Below the pieces are notes generated by a model. The model searched no databases. It was not told the origin of the DNA and saw nothing but the letters and a program-made list of their open reading frames with translations. A stretch of DNA of 29,846 nt from Peribolospora baueri (Eukaryota), in contig JAMDHS010000079.1 in NCBI GenBank assembly GCA_029717555.1, positions 62,001 through 91,846 on the forward strand, read 5' to 3'. Made by a program: the position numbers and the translations under genes. Within the stretch, counting starts at the first letter, position 1; the number at the start of each line of letters is the position of its first letter. Below, piece by piece: positions 19,858 through 29,846 of this stretch.

Positions 19858-22412
19858 ATGGCCGAGCCGAACAAGGGGCAGTCTCCTGATTCGGACGCTG
19901 ACTGTCCGGGGCTTTTGTCCAATGACGGATTAGCAGCCGTGCGTCTTGTTTTTCGTCAGTCGCGCTTGCTCTCGTCCGCCTTTAGTTGAGATGGTCACTT
20001 TAGCCTCTTATGCGGCCTCGTTGGACTGAACGCCACTGTCGCGGCGTCGCCTTCTCTTTGTCCAGAATGCTCGTTCCGCCGGGCAAGACCTGCGACGGAT
20101 AAAAAAATTCACTGCTTTCTTTTCGGGAGTAAGCATTATTTTCCTATCCAGCTCCCAGATGGTTGCCACGTCGAGCGTGTGATGTCGTACTTGGCTAAAA
20201 AAACTGCTTCCTGTTATGGACCTACTCGCAAAGACGAGCTGGGCTTCAGGCAAGTCTTACTTTCTTTCGCAAGAGCGAGGCCGCATGCGATTTACCAGAA
20301 GGGGTGGAGTTGACACATCTCGCTATAAACGCATACAGCTGACTATGTCACCTCAAAGAACGGGTCGACGGAGCGCACACTCCTCGAAAACCTGGGCAGT
20401 CCTGGTCGCATGGGGTCGAGGATGTACGGAAGCGGTGTCCAAATCCAACATCCTGAACGATGCAACTCAGCCCCTCCTTACGTTTGGAGCTCCGACGACC
20501 CCGTAGCGGATCCCCCTTTGGATTCGCAGCAACAGCCACATCGGGCACAAGAAGGACCGGCGGAGACGACGGAAAGCATTTCGCCCAAGTCGCCTTCAGA
20601 TTCTTTGCACAAAGCCGAACTGCCGCGCGATCTGCCAGTTCCACGAAGGAAACATGAGATCAACGTCATTCACAGTGAGGTCTACGCCCCTTCTGATCAA
20701 GAGAGTATCCGGCCGTACCAAGAGTCTTGCTTACCGATGGACTCTGGTTCCGCCTCAGATACCGCCGAGCTTATCCGACGACTTCTGGAACAATCAGTCT
20801 CGCATGGGGATATTGCCTGCGCCGTGAGCCGCCAAGCTGTTGTCGATGCGCAGAAACTGGACGAAGAGTCCTCGTCTAAATGGCTCTTGCGTGTCGTCGA
20901 CTCAATTACAGACAATTACCTCGATCGACGTCCCACATATTCGAACAGAGTCGGGTAAGCTCTTCCTCCGACGCTGGCGGCGGCAGGAGGAATCCTTGCC
21001 GTCGTATGTCAGAAATGCATGCCGTAACCTCGTTGTTGGTGTGCGGTCAGGCGACCGCACATGGGGCTGCGGGTGAGGCCTTTCCGAGTCTTTATTTATT
21101 TTTAGAAGGGGCACTGGACTTAGCGCCTGAGTGGCCGTCCTTTGTGACGCGTCTCTCACCGATGACAACAGGTATCGCGACTTCCAAATGTTGGCGTACG
21201 GCCTCAGCACATTGCCCGAGTATGAAGGCATTTTCGAGGAGAATTCTCCGGCCTTCGAACCATCCATCCTTAATTTACAGTATTGGGTCGAGTCAGCGTG
21301 GCGCGCAGGTGAGATTGTGATCTTGCTTTCACTGAAGGACGAGGACCTTAGGTATCTCCTCGTCATAACAGGGTATGACCCTATGGGGGCGATCCAACTG
21401 AAGAAAAGGATTGTGAACACGACAAAATGGATCGGCACCTCTGAGCTCGCCGTGGCCTTTACCTATCTTGGAATACCGTGAGCTTATTTTCTTTACTGCC
21501 TGACATTCCGAACAAGTGTCTGATATGTCTGTCTCCCTCATCGTCGATGCTTCTCTGATGATCATTAGGAGCAATGACATCCTCGACTTCCCGCAAGCTT
21601 CCGGGCCTGGACGTACGCACACCTCCCTTGTTAGGTTCATTCGAAGGTATTTCGACAGCCCGGTGGTCGATGCTTCGAACTCCGCATCATCAAGATCTCG
21701 CTCGACGCTACCAGAATTGCTCAAGGGCGACGAGTCGGAGGGTGATCTTGCGTTGCAAGAGAGAGGTGTGCGTGCGGTTCCCAAGCTTCCACTCTTTCTC
21801 CAACACCGCGGCCACTCGCGCGTCGTGATCGGATACGAGGTCAACCAGCAAGGCGAAACATTGCCCCTCCTTCTGGACCCGGCTAAGTGAGTTCAATCAT
21901 GGCGCTGCCGTCCAGCCTGCCCCTGGCCGCCAAGCGGGATGGGGATGTTGGCATTACTGTGTCTCCGACTAAATGGCGTGCCCTTCGTATCATCTTCCAG
22001 GTCGTGTTCACCCGCCTTTGTTCGCGAGACAATCGAAATCGGTCACGTCTCTGCTGAATCGTCTGCGAACACGAATTCGATGGGAGTGACAGAAACGTCG
22101 ATCCGTGAAGCGATCCCGCCGCGTGCGCTGCCTGCATCCGAAGTGCGGCAGATGCTCAAGCCATTCCGTGTGTCTATGCGCCAACTCAGCAGCCACTCGT
22201 GAGTCTTTTGTGGCCGTCAGGTGGCTCTTTCGCGCATGCGACGCTGACAGGCGAGACGCCGCTTTTTTTTCCGGCCCTTCCGTCGTCGCTCGTATTCATT
22301 CCTCTTTCCATCGCACAGGCACTATCAGATCTTGAGCTTCACAGGCGGACCTATGTTGTCGGAAGAGGAGCGCAAAGGCCGCCGCATCTTGATGTCACGG
22401 ACTCTCTTCTGA
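19858..22412 (+). CDS. Peptidase C78 deubiquitinase of the ZUP1/ZUFSP-Mug105 type. Proposed exons 19858-19938, 20066-20128, 20234-20249, 20339-20823, 20912-20954, 21051-21072, 21172-21308, 21372-21477, 21569-21886, 22001-22198, 22319-22412 (alternative ATG 20216)
   Basis: 'PHIRTES|GDRTWGC|GYRDFQML' carries the catalytic Cys. Then 'PSILNLQYWVESAWRA|GYDPMGA', 'KWIGTSE', 'PLFLQHRGHSRVVIGYE' (His), 'LLLDP' (Asp) and 'HYQIL'. Stop TGA at 22410-22412. The three 5' exons are less certain but are all in frame, and the ATG has a good context (CAACCATGG). Confidence 0.85.
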
Positions 22413-22882
22413 ACGTACTCCCCTTCGCTGGGGGTTCTGGCCCCGGCTTCCGGCTCGACTCGACTCGGTCTCCATCCCGCACTTGGCGTTTGCGCACCGT
22501 CTCTTCTCGTCGGAGCTGCCGCTGCTTCGTTTTCGTTCGCTTCGTTCGCTCCACGTACAATACGTAATAGTATATCCGCGCCTCCGTCGATACCTTCCTC
22601 TGCTCTACCCGACGCTCGCTCGTTCGTGTCGCGTCGACATGGCGTCGTCGCTCGTTGATGTGGTGGGCGGGCGCCTTGTATGCCACCGTTTGCACTTTTC
22701 GATTGCGAATTGTGAGCCTGGCGAACCTGGTCTGGTGACCCAACTCGATGTCGATTGGGGCTGACTTGACTGACGCAGGAACAGGGTTTGAGCCTCCCCG
22801 GGCCGACCGTCGCGGCGTTGCGCACTAGATGCGGGGGAACTGAGGAGAGCTGCAGCCGACTGGTGCTAAGAAGGACCGCCCA

Positions 22883-22905
22883 GTCTGTCTGTCTGTCTGT
22901 CTGTC
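22883..22905 (+). repeat. (GTCT)n microsatellite
   Basis: About 5.75 tandem GTCT units in intergenic DNA. Confidence 0.85.
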
Positions 22906-23795
22906 AGCCTGGCTATCTATTTGTCTATCTGTCTGCCCCACTGGCAAGGCCAAGCATAATAAAAACCACTCCTTCGTTTGCCCAGGTCGGGCGACGGCGC
23001 TGTACGGCGATGGATGCAATTTTGCCTAAGAGGATAGGGGATGCGTCGAGCGAACGAGAAACCTCCGGCGGCCAATGGAAGCAGGACGGGCAGGTGCGCT
23101 TGGCTGGGTGCGCTTGGCTGCGAGCGCCACGATCGGCGCGGGCGGATGCTGGCCAGGGAGCCTAATACAGTAAGTGTGTATGGGAGAAGGCCGGATGTTG
23201 ATCAGGGGGTGGATTTAAGGGTGCTGAGAAGCGAGACGCGCGAGAACGGGGGACACGAGAGCGGGAGAGAAGAACGGGGCTAGCGCGAGCGAATATGTGC
23301 TGCACGTCGCGCTTGCTGCTCGCTTTATACAAGGCAAGTTACATCCCACATAGAGGCGACCTACAGCCGTGCAATGGTCTAGTACAACAGAGTCAAAGCA
23401 CGCTACGCACTTGCGCATCCCGCTGTGGGGGGAGGAATTCGGCCGGCCTTGCTGCTGGAATTGGAATGCAACCTTGCGCACGCCTCGTCGGCGCCTATAC
23501 GCGTCGGCCCTTCCGGCTGACCTGACCCTACGACGGGCCGTGAAACGCCGGCGGTCTTGCTTGGCCTTGGTCGGGGGACCGTCCCTGAAAAGCAACCTTG
23601 CCGGGCCGGCCCCCTTCTTTCTTTCCTCCATCTTTCTCTCTTTCCTCTCTTCTCTCCAACGTTCCCTCCACGTCCCCTTCGCTCCTCCTACCTCCCCCCT
23701 TCCCCCACCAGGCCCGCAAGGAACGAACGAATTGGTCCAGTAATCGCCCGAGCCCAAGCCCTAATAATCTATTACTCTAATCCCATTCTGCCGCC

Positions 23796-24991
23796 ATGAA
23801 GTCCGTCGCCGCCGCCGCCCTTCTCGCCGCCCTGCCCTTCCTCGTCAAGGCGTGAGTCGAGGCGTCTGTCTGTCCGTCGTGTGGCGTAGCGCAGCCAAGG
23901 CGAGGCGAGGCGAGGCGAGGCTTCCAGGGCTCAGGGCCGAGCTTGCACGGTCGCACGACCGCTCGTTTCGCTCACCTCCTTCTCTCCGTACGTCGCTTCT
24001 TCGCCCTTCTTTCTCGCAGCGACTACGACCCTGCGAACCTGCCCGCGACCACGGAGCAGGGTCAGACTGGCACGAACAAGTGCGACCTCGGCCACTCCTC
24101 TCAATCGTCCATGTGCCAGAACGTCTTCGTCAACTCGGTCACCGACTTCTGCCTCTGGGCCCCGCCCCAGAAGGGCACCATCGGCGATACCGAGACGGAG
24201 GAGGTGGCGTGGTGCCTCAAGTCGGGCTACGGAACGCGTCTCATCCCCGACGGCACCATTCACGGCGCCCACTTTGTCAAGACGCCGTCGTACGTCCAGG
24301 TCACCGGCGTGGGCGACTTTACCAAGATGAACATCGCCGACAAGGACGAGGGTGGAGAGCTTGACCCGCACGGCGCGACTGGCGTGGGCAACCCTATCGG
24401 CGGTCTTTTCTTCACCAACGCCTTCTCGGGCCAGTACCAGCAGATCCACGAGTGGACTAACTTTATGTCCTACAACGAGTTTTGCATTCGTGGCTGTGTC
24501 GGCAACTACGCCGCCCAGTGGTGCCAGCACATCTACGACACCATGGGCTGCTACTGGAACATGCCGGCCAACTATGATGCTAACGTGTTCGAGAACTGCG
24601 AGTCCAACGACTCGGGCGAGTGGCCTGGAGTGAGTAGCCGTTCGCCTTGGGATGCGGCTGGACGTTCCGGGGCTCTCGAGCGTGTTCGCTCAATGTTTCT
24701 TCTCCTCCCATCGTCGCTAGGTCTACAGCGGCTCGACTTGGTACCAGGGCCAGAGCCCGACTCCTTCGGCTCAGCGCATCCCGTCGTCGTCGAACTGCGC
24801 GAAGCAGTCGTCGGTCCACAACGCCGTGCAGACGAAGTGAGTACGGGCCCGGTCGTCTCGTCTCTGCGCTCGCTGGATCGTTAACGACGCGTTGCTTTTC
24901 CTTTCTTCGTCTGCGCAGCTACCCGGGCGCCAAGGGTGCGAGGAAGCACCGCCGCCACGGTTCTCTCCAGCCTACCCCCACGACTCATTAA
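23796..24991 (+). CDS. Secreted Cys-rich protein of the basidiomycete MP88 / 'macrophage-activating glycoprotein' type. Exons 23796-23851, 24020-24629, 24721-24836, 24919-24991
   Basis: Signal peptide MKSVAAAALLAALPFLVKA. Family motifs 'NSVTDFCLWAPP..IGDTETEEVAWC..GTRLIPDGTI.GAHFV.TP.YVQVTG..GGELDPHGA..GNP.GG..EWTNFMS..EFC..C.HIYD.MGC.WNMP'. Confidence 0.85.
23898..23921 (+). repeat. (AGGCG)n microsatellite in intron 1 of the MP88-like gene
   Basis: About 4.8 tandem pentamers. Confidence 0.8.
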
Positions 24992-25390
24992 ACTTGCTCG
25001 TTCCATCCATCCGTCGCAACAAGACGGACCTGAGCTTGGACGGTTCTCATCACGCATCCACGGACTTTTACTTTTTTTCTTTGGCGCTGGCATGCATGGG
25101 TTTATCTTAATGGGTTTAGATTCTAGTGCCCTCTCCCTCCCCTCCCCTTGGCTCCTCTTAATGCAGCTGTCGTTTCGACTCCCGGGGCAGCCAATTTCTA
25201 CTTACTACTGGGCTACACTTGCGCTTGTACTTGACAATCACTTCGTCTTACCTTCCTTCGTCCTTCCTTCTCTCGCGGGCTTTGCTGTGACCTCCCCCTC
25301 ACCCCCGCCCCCCACCCCCCCGCACCCCCTTGTTGAAATCACGGACATTCATTCGTTTGGGCAATGCCATCCCTCCGTTCACCCGTGCAT

Positions 25391-25412
25391 CATCCATCCA
25401 TCCATCCATCCA
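25391..25412 (+). repeat. (CATC)n microsatellite
   Basis: About 5.5 tandem CATC units, intergenic. Confidence 0.85.
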
Positions 25413-26430
25413 CCCCATTTATCGTCTGCGTTGAGTCTAAACCAGACCCATCGACAATCGACAATCGATGGACGGGGCGCCTGCCTTGCTTATCCGAACG
25501 ACTGCGAAGACGTGATAGGCTGGCTGAAATTCTTCTCCGACAGACGGGCTGGGCTTGGCTTGGCTGCGCTCGCTGGCTGGCTCTCGCGGGCTCGGAAGAG
25601 GAAACGGGGTACGAGGTCGGATTAGGAAGGAGGACGTTGGCCGCACGCGACGAGTGGGAGTGTGTCTGACAAAGCGGCCACTTTCGTCTTTTCTCTTTCT
25701 CTTTTCCCTTTCCTCTCGCCTGTGCCTGGATCGCATGGAGGAAGGAGCGAGTCTCGAATCAGGCCGGGCGAAGGCGAAGGACGAATGTCAGATGTCAGAT
25801 GTCAGTCAGTGCCAGTGCCAGTCACAGTGCGGGTGTGGCCATTCACGCAGGCCGAGAACGGGGTGCGTGGGTGGGCAATGTTTGCTTGGCGGTGGTCAGC
25901 AAGCCAACCAGCCAGCAGGCCTCCCACATCGCTTTCCCTCTGTCTCTGTGTCTCTCTCCCTCCCTTCTTGCCTCGCTCGGCTTTTTGCATGTGCAGTCAG
26001 TCTCCCAAGCTAGTAGCTCCCCGCCCAGGCGAGAGTGCAGAGGGCGGGCGCCCGTCGTCGCAGGCATGCGTCTGTCTGTCTGGAGGGCGGAGGAGAGAGG
26101 AGGCGGCGTGATGAGGTTTCGAAGGTGGTCACTTGGACTGGAGTGGCCGTCGTCTCTTTCTGTTGTCTGAGGTGGTGGTCTCACCGATAAGAGCCGGCCG
26201 GATTGGCGACCGCGAGCGATCGATCACGCGTCGAGCGAAAAGAAGAGACAAGATCTCGCCCGGCCCGTCTGTCGCTGTTCGCCGTCCGTCGCTATCGCTG
26301 GCCGTCGATGTTTCGTCGCGCGCGACGACGACGACGACGAACGAGGGCGAGCGAGACGAGACGAGCGCCGGCCGTGAAAGCCAGGGCGACCCGCGATTCG
26401 CGATCTGCACGTTTCTCGCTGTCTTGCCCG

Positions 26431-26436
26431 TATAAG
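26431..26436 (+). promoter_or_regulatory. Possible TATA element of the Yap1-like gene
   Basis: TATAAG in a GC-rich context 46 nt before the ATG, followed by a pyrimidine-rich stretch. Motif match only. Confidence 0.3.
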
Positions 26437-26476
26437 GCAAGTCCTGCTCTCACGCTCTCCCTCGCCCTCGCCGTCC

Positions 26477-29266
26477 ATGAACCCGCCAGTCGTCGACGAC
26501 GATCACGGCCACCGCCAGCTTCAGCTCCATCCCCATCGACACTCCCACTCCCACACACCACGCCCCTGTCCTCACTCCATCACCGCTCCCACACCCCCCA
26601 TCGGTCTCGAGGACATCCAGGTCGGTGCCGAGCTCGCAGCCACAATTGCAGCACCGGACGACGCAAGCAAGAGGATGCTCTCCTCCGCCATCGCCGCCGG
26701 GGGCTGGAACGAGCCTCAGTTCAGCTTGGACGACAGGCGCGCCGATCACCACCACCACCGCCTCGACGCAGCAGCAGCAGCAGCACCCCCCTCGCCCTCC
26801 TCGCCAGCCTTCCAGCCAGCTCAGGACTCCAACATCATCTTCGGCGCCACCGACGCCGCCGACGTCGAGCGTGTCTTCGAGTACGCCAACCCGGAGACCT
26901 TCCTCGCCCTCCTCCAGAAGCAGCTCGAGCCCGATCAGCCCGATCGCCCCCCACCGCCCCCGCCCCCGCCGGCAGCGCTCTTGACCGCCACCGCCGCCTC
27001 CTCCTCCTCGCTCTCCATCTCGCCCGTCCAGGGCTTCGCAGATCCCTCTTCTTCCTACCCAGCCCCTAACCTCGATGTCACCCCGGGCAGCCTCGGCCTC
27101 GACTCGACCCACTTCCCCGCCGCCGCCGTGGCCACGTCAGCGGCAACGACCATGGCGGCGATCACGACGACCAAGACCATGGCCGGCGCCGGCGTGGACG
27201 ACATGGGCGAGCATGGTCTACACAAACGTGAGTCCGCCCCGCTTCTTCCTTCTCCCTTCGCTCCCGGCATGGGCATAATGTGTCCATCGTCTTCATCGCC
27301 GGCCGATCGCTTTCTTTTCTTCAGGCCCGCGGCCGAATGAAGTTCACACAAAAAAGAACAGGCCCAGCCTCCCCATGCCTGGCACGGGCCCAGATGGGGG
27401 CGGAGAAGTCATGCTCGCCGATGGCATGGACGTCGTCGCTGCTGCCGAGGGCGGCGAGACGAAAGGCACGAGCGTCAAGAAGAAGCCGGCGACTGCCAAT
27501 GGTGGTAGGAGGGCTAGCGGCTCGTCCGTGCCGAATCAGGTGAGCCTCGAGCACGGTCTGCCGATTTTTTTTTTTTTTTTTTTTTTTTCCCTCGACCGTC
27601 GCCCCGCGGATCATCCGGCTCGACTCGCGATCTGACGTTTCGCATGATCGTCCCGGACATACGTCCTTTCCATCGCCTTGATCCACAGAAACGAAAGGAG
27701 CAGAACCGGGCAGCGCAACGAGCGTTCCGAGAGCGGAAAGAGAAGCATGTCAAGGAGGCGAGTATGCTCATCCCCTCGCGCCCCCTGGACGTTGAGCCTG
27801 ACGCAACCGCCGTCATCGCCCTTTTTGACATGCAGCTCGAGGACAAGGTCGCAGAGCTGACGGCAAAGCTTGAGGAGCAGGCCAACGAGAGCCGTAACCT
27901 CAAGGAGCTCTTGACCCGGCTTCAGGCGGAAAACGTCATGTACAAGCAGACCGCCTTTCAGTCCAACTTCCAGACCCCCGCTCGCGATTCCGACCCTCAG
28001 CGCGCTTTCGGCGCCCCTCTCGCAGATTCTCCCGCCGCTTGCTCTTCTCGCAATGCTTTGACCTCTCCGCAGACGTGGCTCAGGTGGAAAGAGCCTCGCC
28101 CGCCGCTCGGCCTGAGCTCCGCCGGCTCTGGGCCCAACGGACAGACATCCAGTCGATCCAGCGGCAGCGGCGAGAGTTCGCTGCCGTCCGCCCAGACGTC
28201 TCCCATGGGTGCCGGCAACGACGCCATCGGGACGACGCCTCCTCAGCAAGATCCCGTCAAGGTGCTCCAGTCCATCACCGCCCCCGCTTCGTCCAACGCC
28301 ACCGCCTTCTCCGACCCCACCAATCCGTCCTTCTCCCAGTCCCCCACGACGGCGAGCAGCTTTGGGGCCCTCGGCGCCAACGATGGGTCCTTTGGCGCTC
28401 TCAGCGCGCCCATGGCTACCAGCGCCGACGTTGAGATGAGCATGCCCGCGCTTTTCGATGATGCGAGCCAACTGCCACCCGCCTCGCGCAGTCTCACGCC
28501 GGCCATCGACTTGTTGCCCACCTCCTTCACACCTCCGCCGTCGCTCATGAGCGCCGTCGGAGCCGGCAGCGGTCTCACCGGCGGAGTCAACAGCCCGGCC
28601 AGCTTTCCTTTCTCTCCTTCCACCTTTCTCCGCTCTCCCTCCGCCACTTCGCCCGCAGCCGGCGGCGGCGGCGGCGAGCCACGTGGGTCGCAGCAAGGCC
28701 TCCCGGGCTCTTCGTCCTTTGTCCCGTTCTACCTGCGCGGAGGCGCCGGCGCCGCGGACGCCCCGCCGATCCCGCTCGAGAGGCTCAGCATCGAAGGCCG
28801 ACAGTTGCCCGTCGTGCAACCCAACTCGCTCAACCAGATTCCCTTGCCGCAGGCCTTTGAACTCGTTCGCAATGCCGCCGGAAGGACGGTGGACGAGAAT
28901 GAGCTGTGCAAGGCGCTGAAGGAAAAAGCCAAGTTTGATGGCTCCAAGGCCGTCGTGGAGCGTAGTCCCGATCTGATGGCTATCATGGCTCGCTTTGCCG
29001 ACCCGGCCCATTGGCAACCGCAAGCTTCGATGGCAAAAAAGCAACAAACCTTGGCACCGGACGGCGTCGCGCGGCAAGCGCCATCTTCTTTCCCCATCGT
29101 CAGAAGGCGATCGAGCGCTTCCGAGGTCACTTCCACTTCCTCGGCCGGTACGCCCAATGCCGCCGCCCAAGACGTCAACGTCAACGGTGACGCACAGAGG
29201 ATCTTGTCGTCCTCTGGCTCGGCGACCGGCATGAAGGTGGAAGACGTTGAAAGTCGGCTGGTCTGA
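26477..29266 (+). CDS. AP-1-like (Yap1/Pap1 family) bZIP transcription factor. Exons 26477-27227, 27325-27539, 27689-27757, 27836-29266
   Basis: Basic region KRKEQNRAAQRAFRERKEKHVKE has the Yap-specific QxxAQxxF pattern, followed by the zipper LEDKVAELTAKLEEQANESRNLKELLTRL. The segment 'VDENELCKALKEKAKFDG' resembles the PAP1/c-CRD domain. Introns 27228-27324, 27540-27688 and GC-AG 27758-27835. Confidence 0.88.
27565..27588 (+). repeat. Poly(T)24 tract in intron 2 of the Yap1-like gene
   Basis: Direct observation; the length may be affected by sequencing error. Confidence 0.85.
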
Positions 29267-29846
29267 GCCGTCGCCATACTGGCGCTCGCCTTCTTGCCTC
29301 CCTCCCTCTCTCCAAGTCCCTCGTGCTCGTGTTCCCCTTCAGTCGTTTCGGACTGTGTGACCTTCTTCGCGTTCTGGGTCGTCTGAGGACGGTCGTCCCC
29401 TTTTTTTCTCTCTCTCGTGCGTGCACACGATCGCTCACTCACTCGCTCCGAGAGCGTCTGTCTGGTCTGGTGTGTCGCCACATCATCCTTCTGGCATCCA
29501 GTGACACGACCGCGTTCGGCCAATTCCTATCGCCACCACCGCCGCACTTCTTCTCCGTTTCGTTTCGTTTTCCGGTATATCCTTCAGCTCTGAAGGGCAT
29601 TCGTCATCTCTCTCCATCCATCCGATCGATCCATTCCGCATGCACACGCAAACGCCATTCAGCCTCTCTCCATCTCCCCCTCTCTTCCTCTCTCTCTCTG
29701 TGTCACCCGTGTCATCATTTCGCATCTCGCCTCCCGTCCTTTCGAATTTCTTTCGCGCGGCCTATCTCAACGGCCCTAGCGCCCGCGAGCTCTTAAGAGC
29801 GCGCCTTCTTCTACTGTTCCCCCCCCCTTCCCCCCTTCCCCCTTTT

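Noticed and set aside
26108..26170. GTGATGA...CTGA as a C/D box snoRNA
   Set aside because: No terminal stem, no clear C'/D' boxes and no rRNA-complementary guide that I can recognise.
27611..29170. 519-aa antisense ORF, and similar long shadow ORFs such as 7955-8779 and 11437-12195
   Set aside because: These lie opposite real GC-rich coding exons, are Arg/Gly-rich and carry no recognisable domain.
26477..29266. bZIP gene near IRE1 as the Hac1/Hxl1 substrate with an unconventional intron
   Set aside because: The basic region is Yap-type (QNRAAQRAFRERK) with a PAP1-like C-domain. I found no convincing pair of CNG'CNG stem-loops, and its odd intron has spliceosomal GC-AG signals. The linkage to IRE1 (~15 kb) is probably incidental.

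Overview
GC-rich, intron-rich fungal nuclear DNA, most likely from a basidiomycete yeast (GTGAGT/GTGCGT/GTACGT donors, mostly 60-180 nt introns, an MP88-like gene). Manual splicing gives ten apparently intact genes: a 5'-truncated alpha-arrestin, TIM22, MED21/SRB7, IRE1, a Trf4/Pap2-type non-canonical poly(A) polymerase, mitochondrial enoyl-CoA hydratase, NFU1, a ZUP1/Mug105-type C78 deubiquitinase, an MP88-like secreted protein and a Yap1/Pap1-type bZIP factor. Between TRF4 and the hydratase gene lies a rearrangement scar the ORF track does not show. It holds an orphan 3' end of an OPT oligopeptide transporter gene (five in-frame exons, two of them microexons). Next to it is a ~740-bp, ~30% GC island of mitochondrial DNA (NUMT) with a 44-codon atp9 fragment and group I intron core motifs in mixed orientation. 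The Yap1-like gene has a cysteine-depleted redox domain and a stop-free, in-frame GC-AG intron exactly between the basic region and the leucine zipper. No prokaryotic features, CRISPR arrays or convincing tRNA/rRNA genes were seen. All gene models are by eye and need RNA-seq confirmation.
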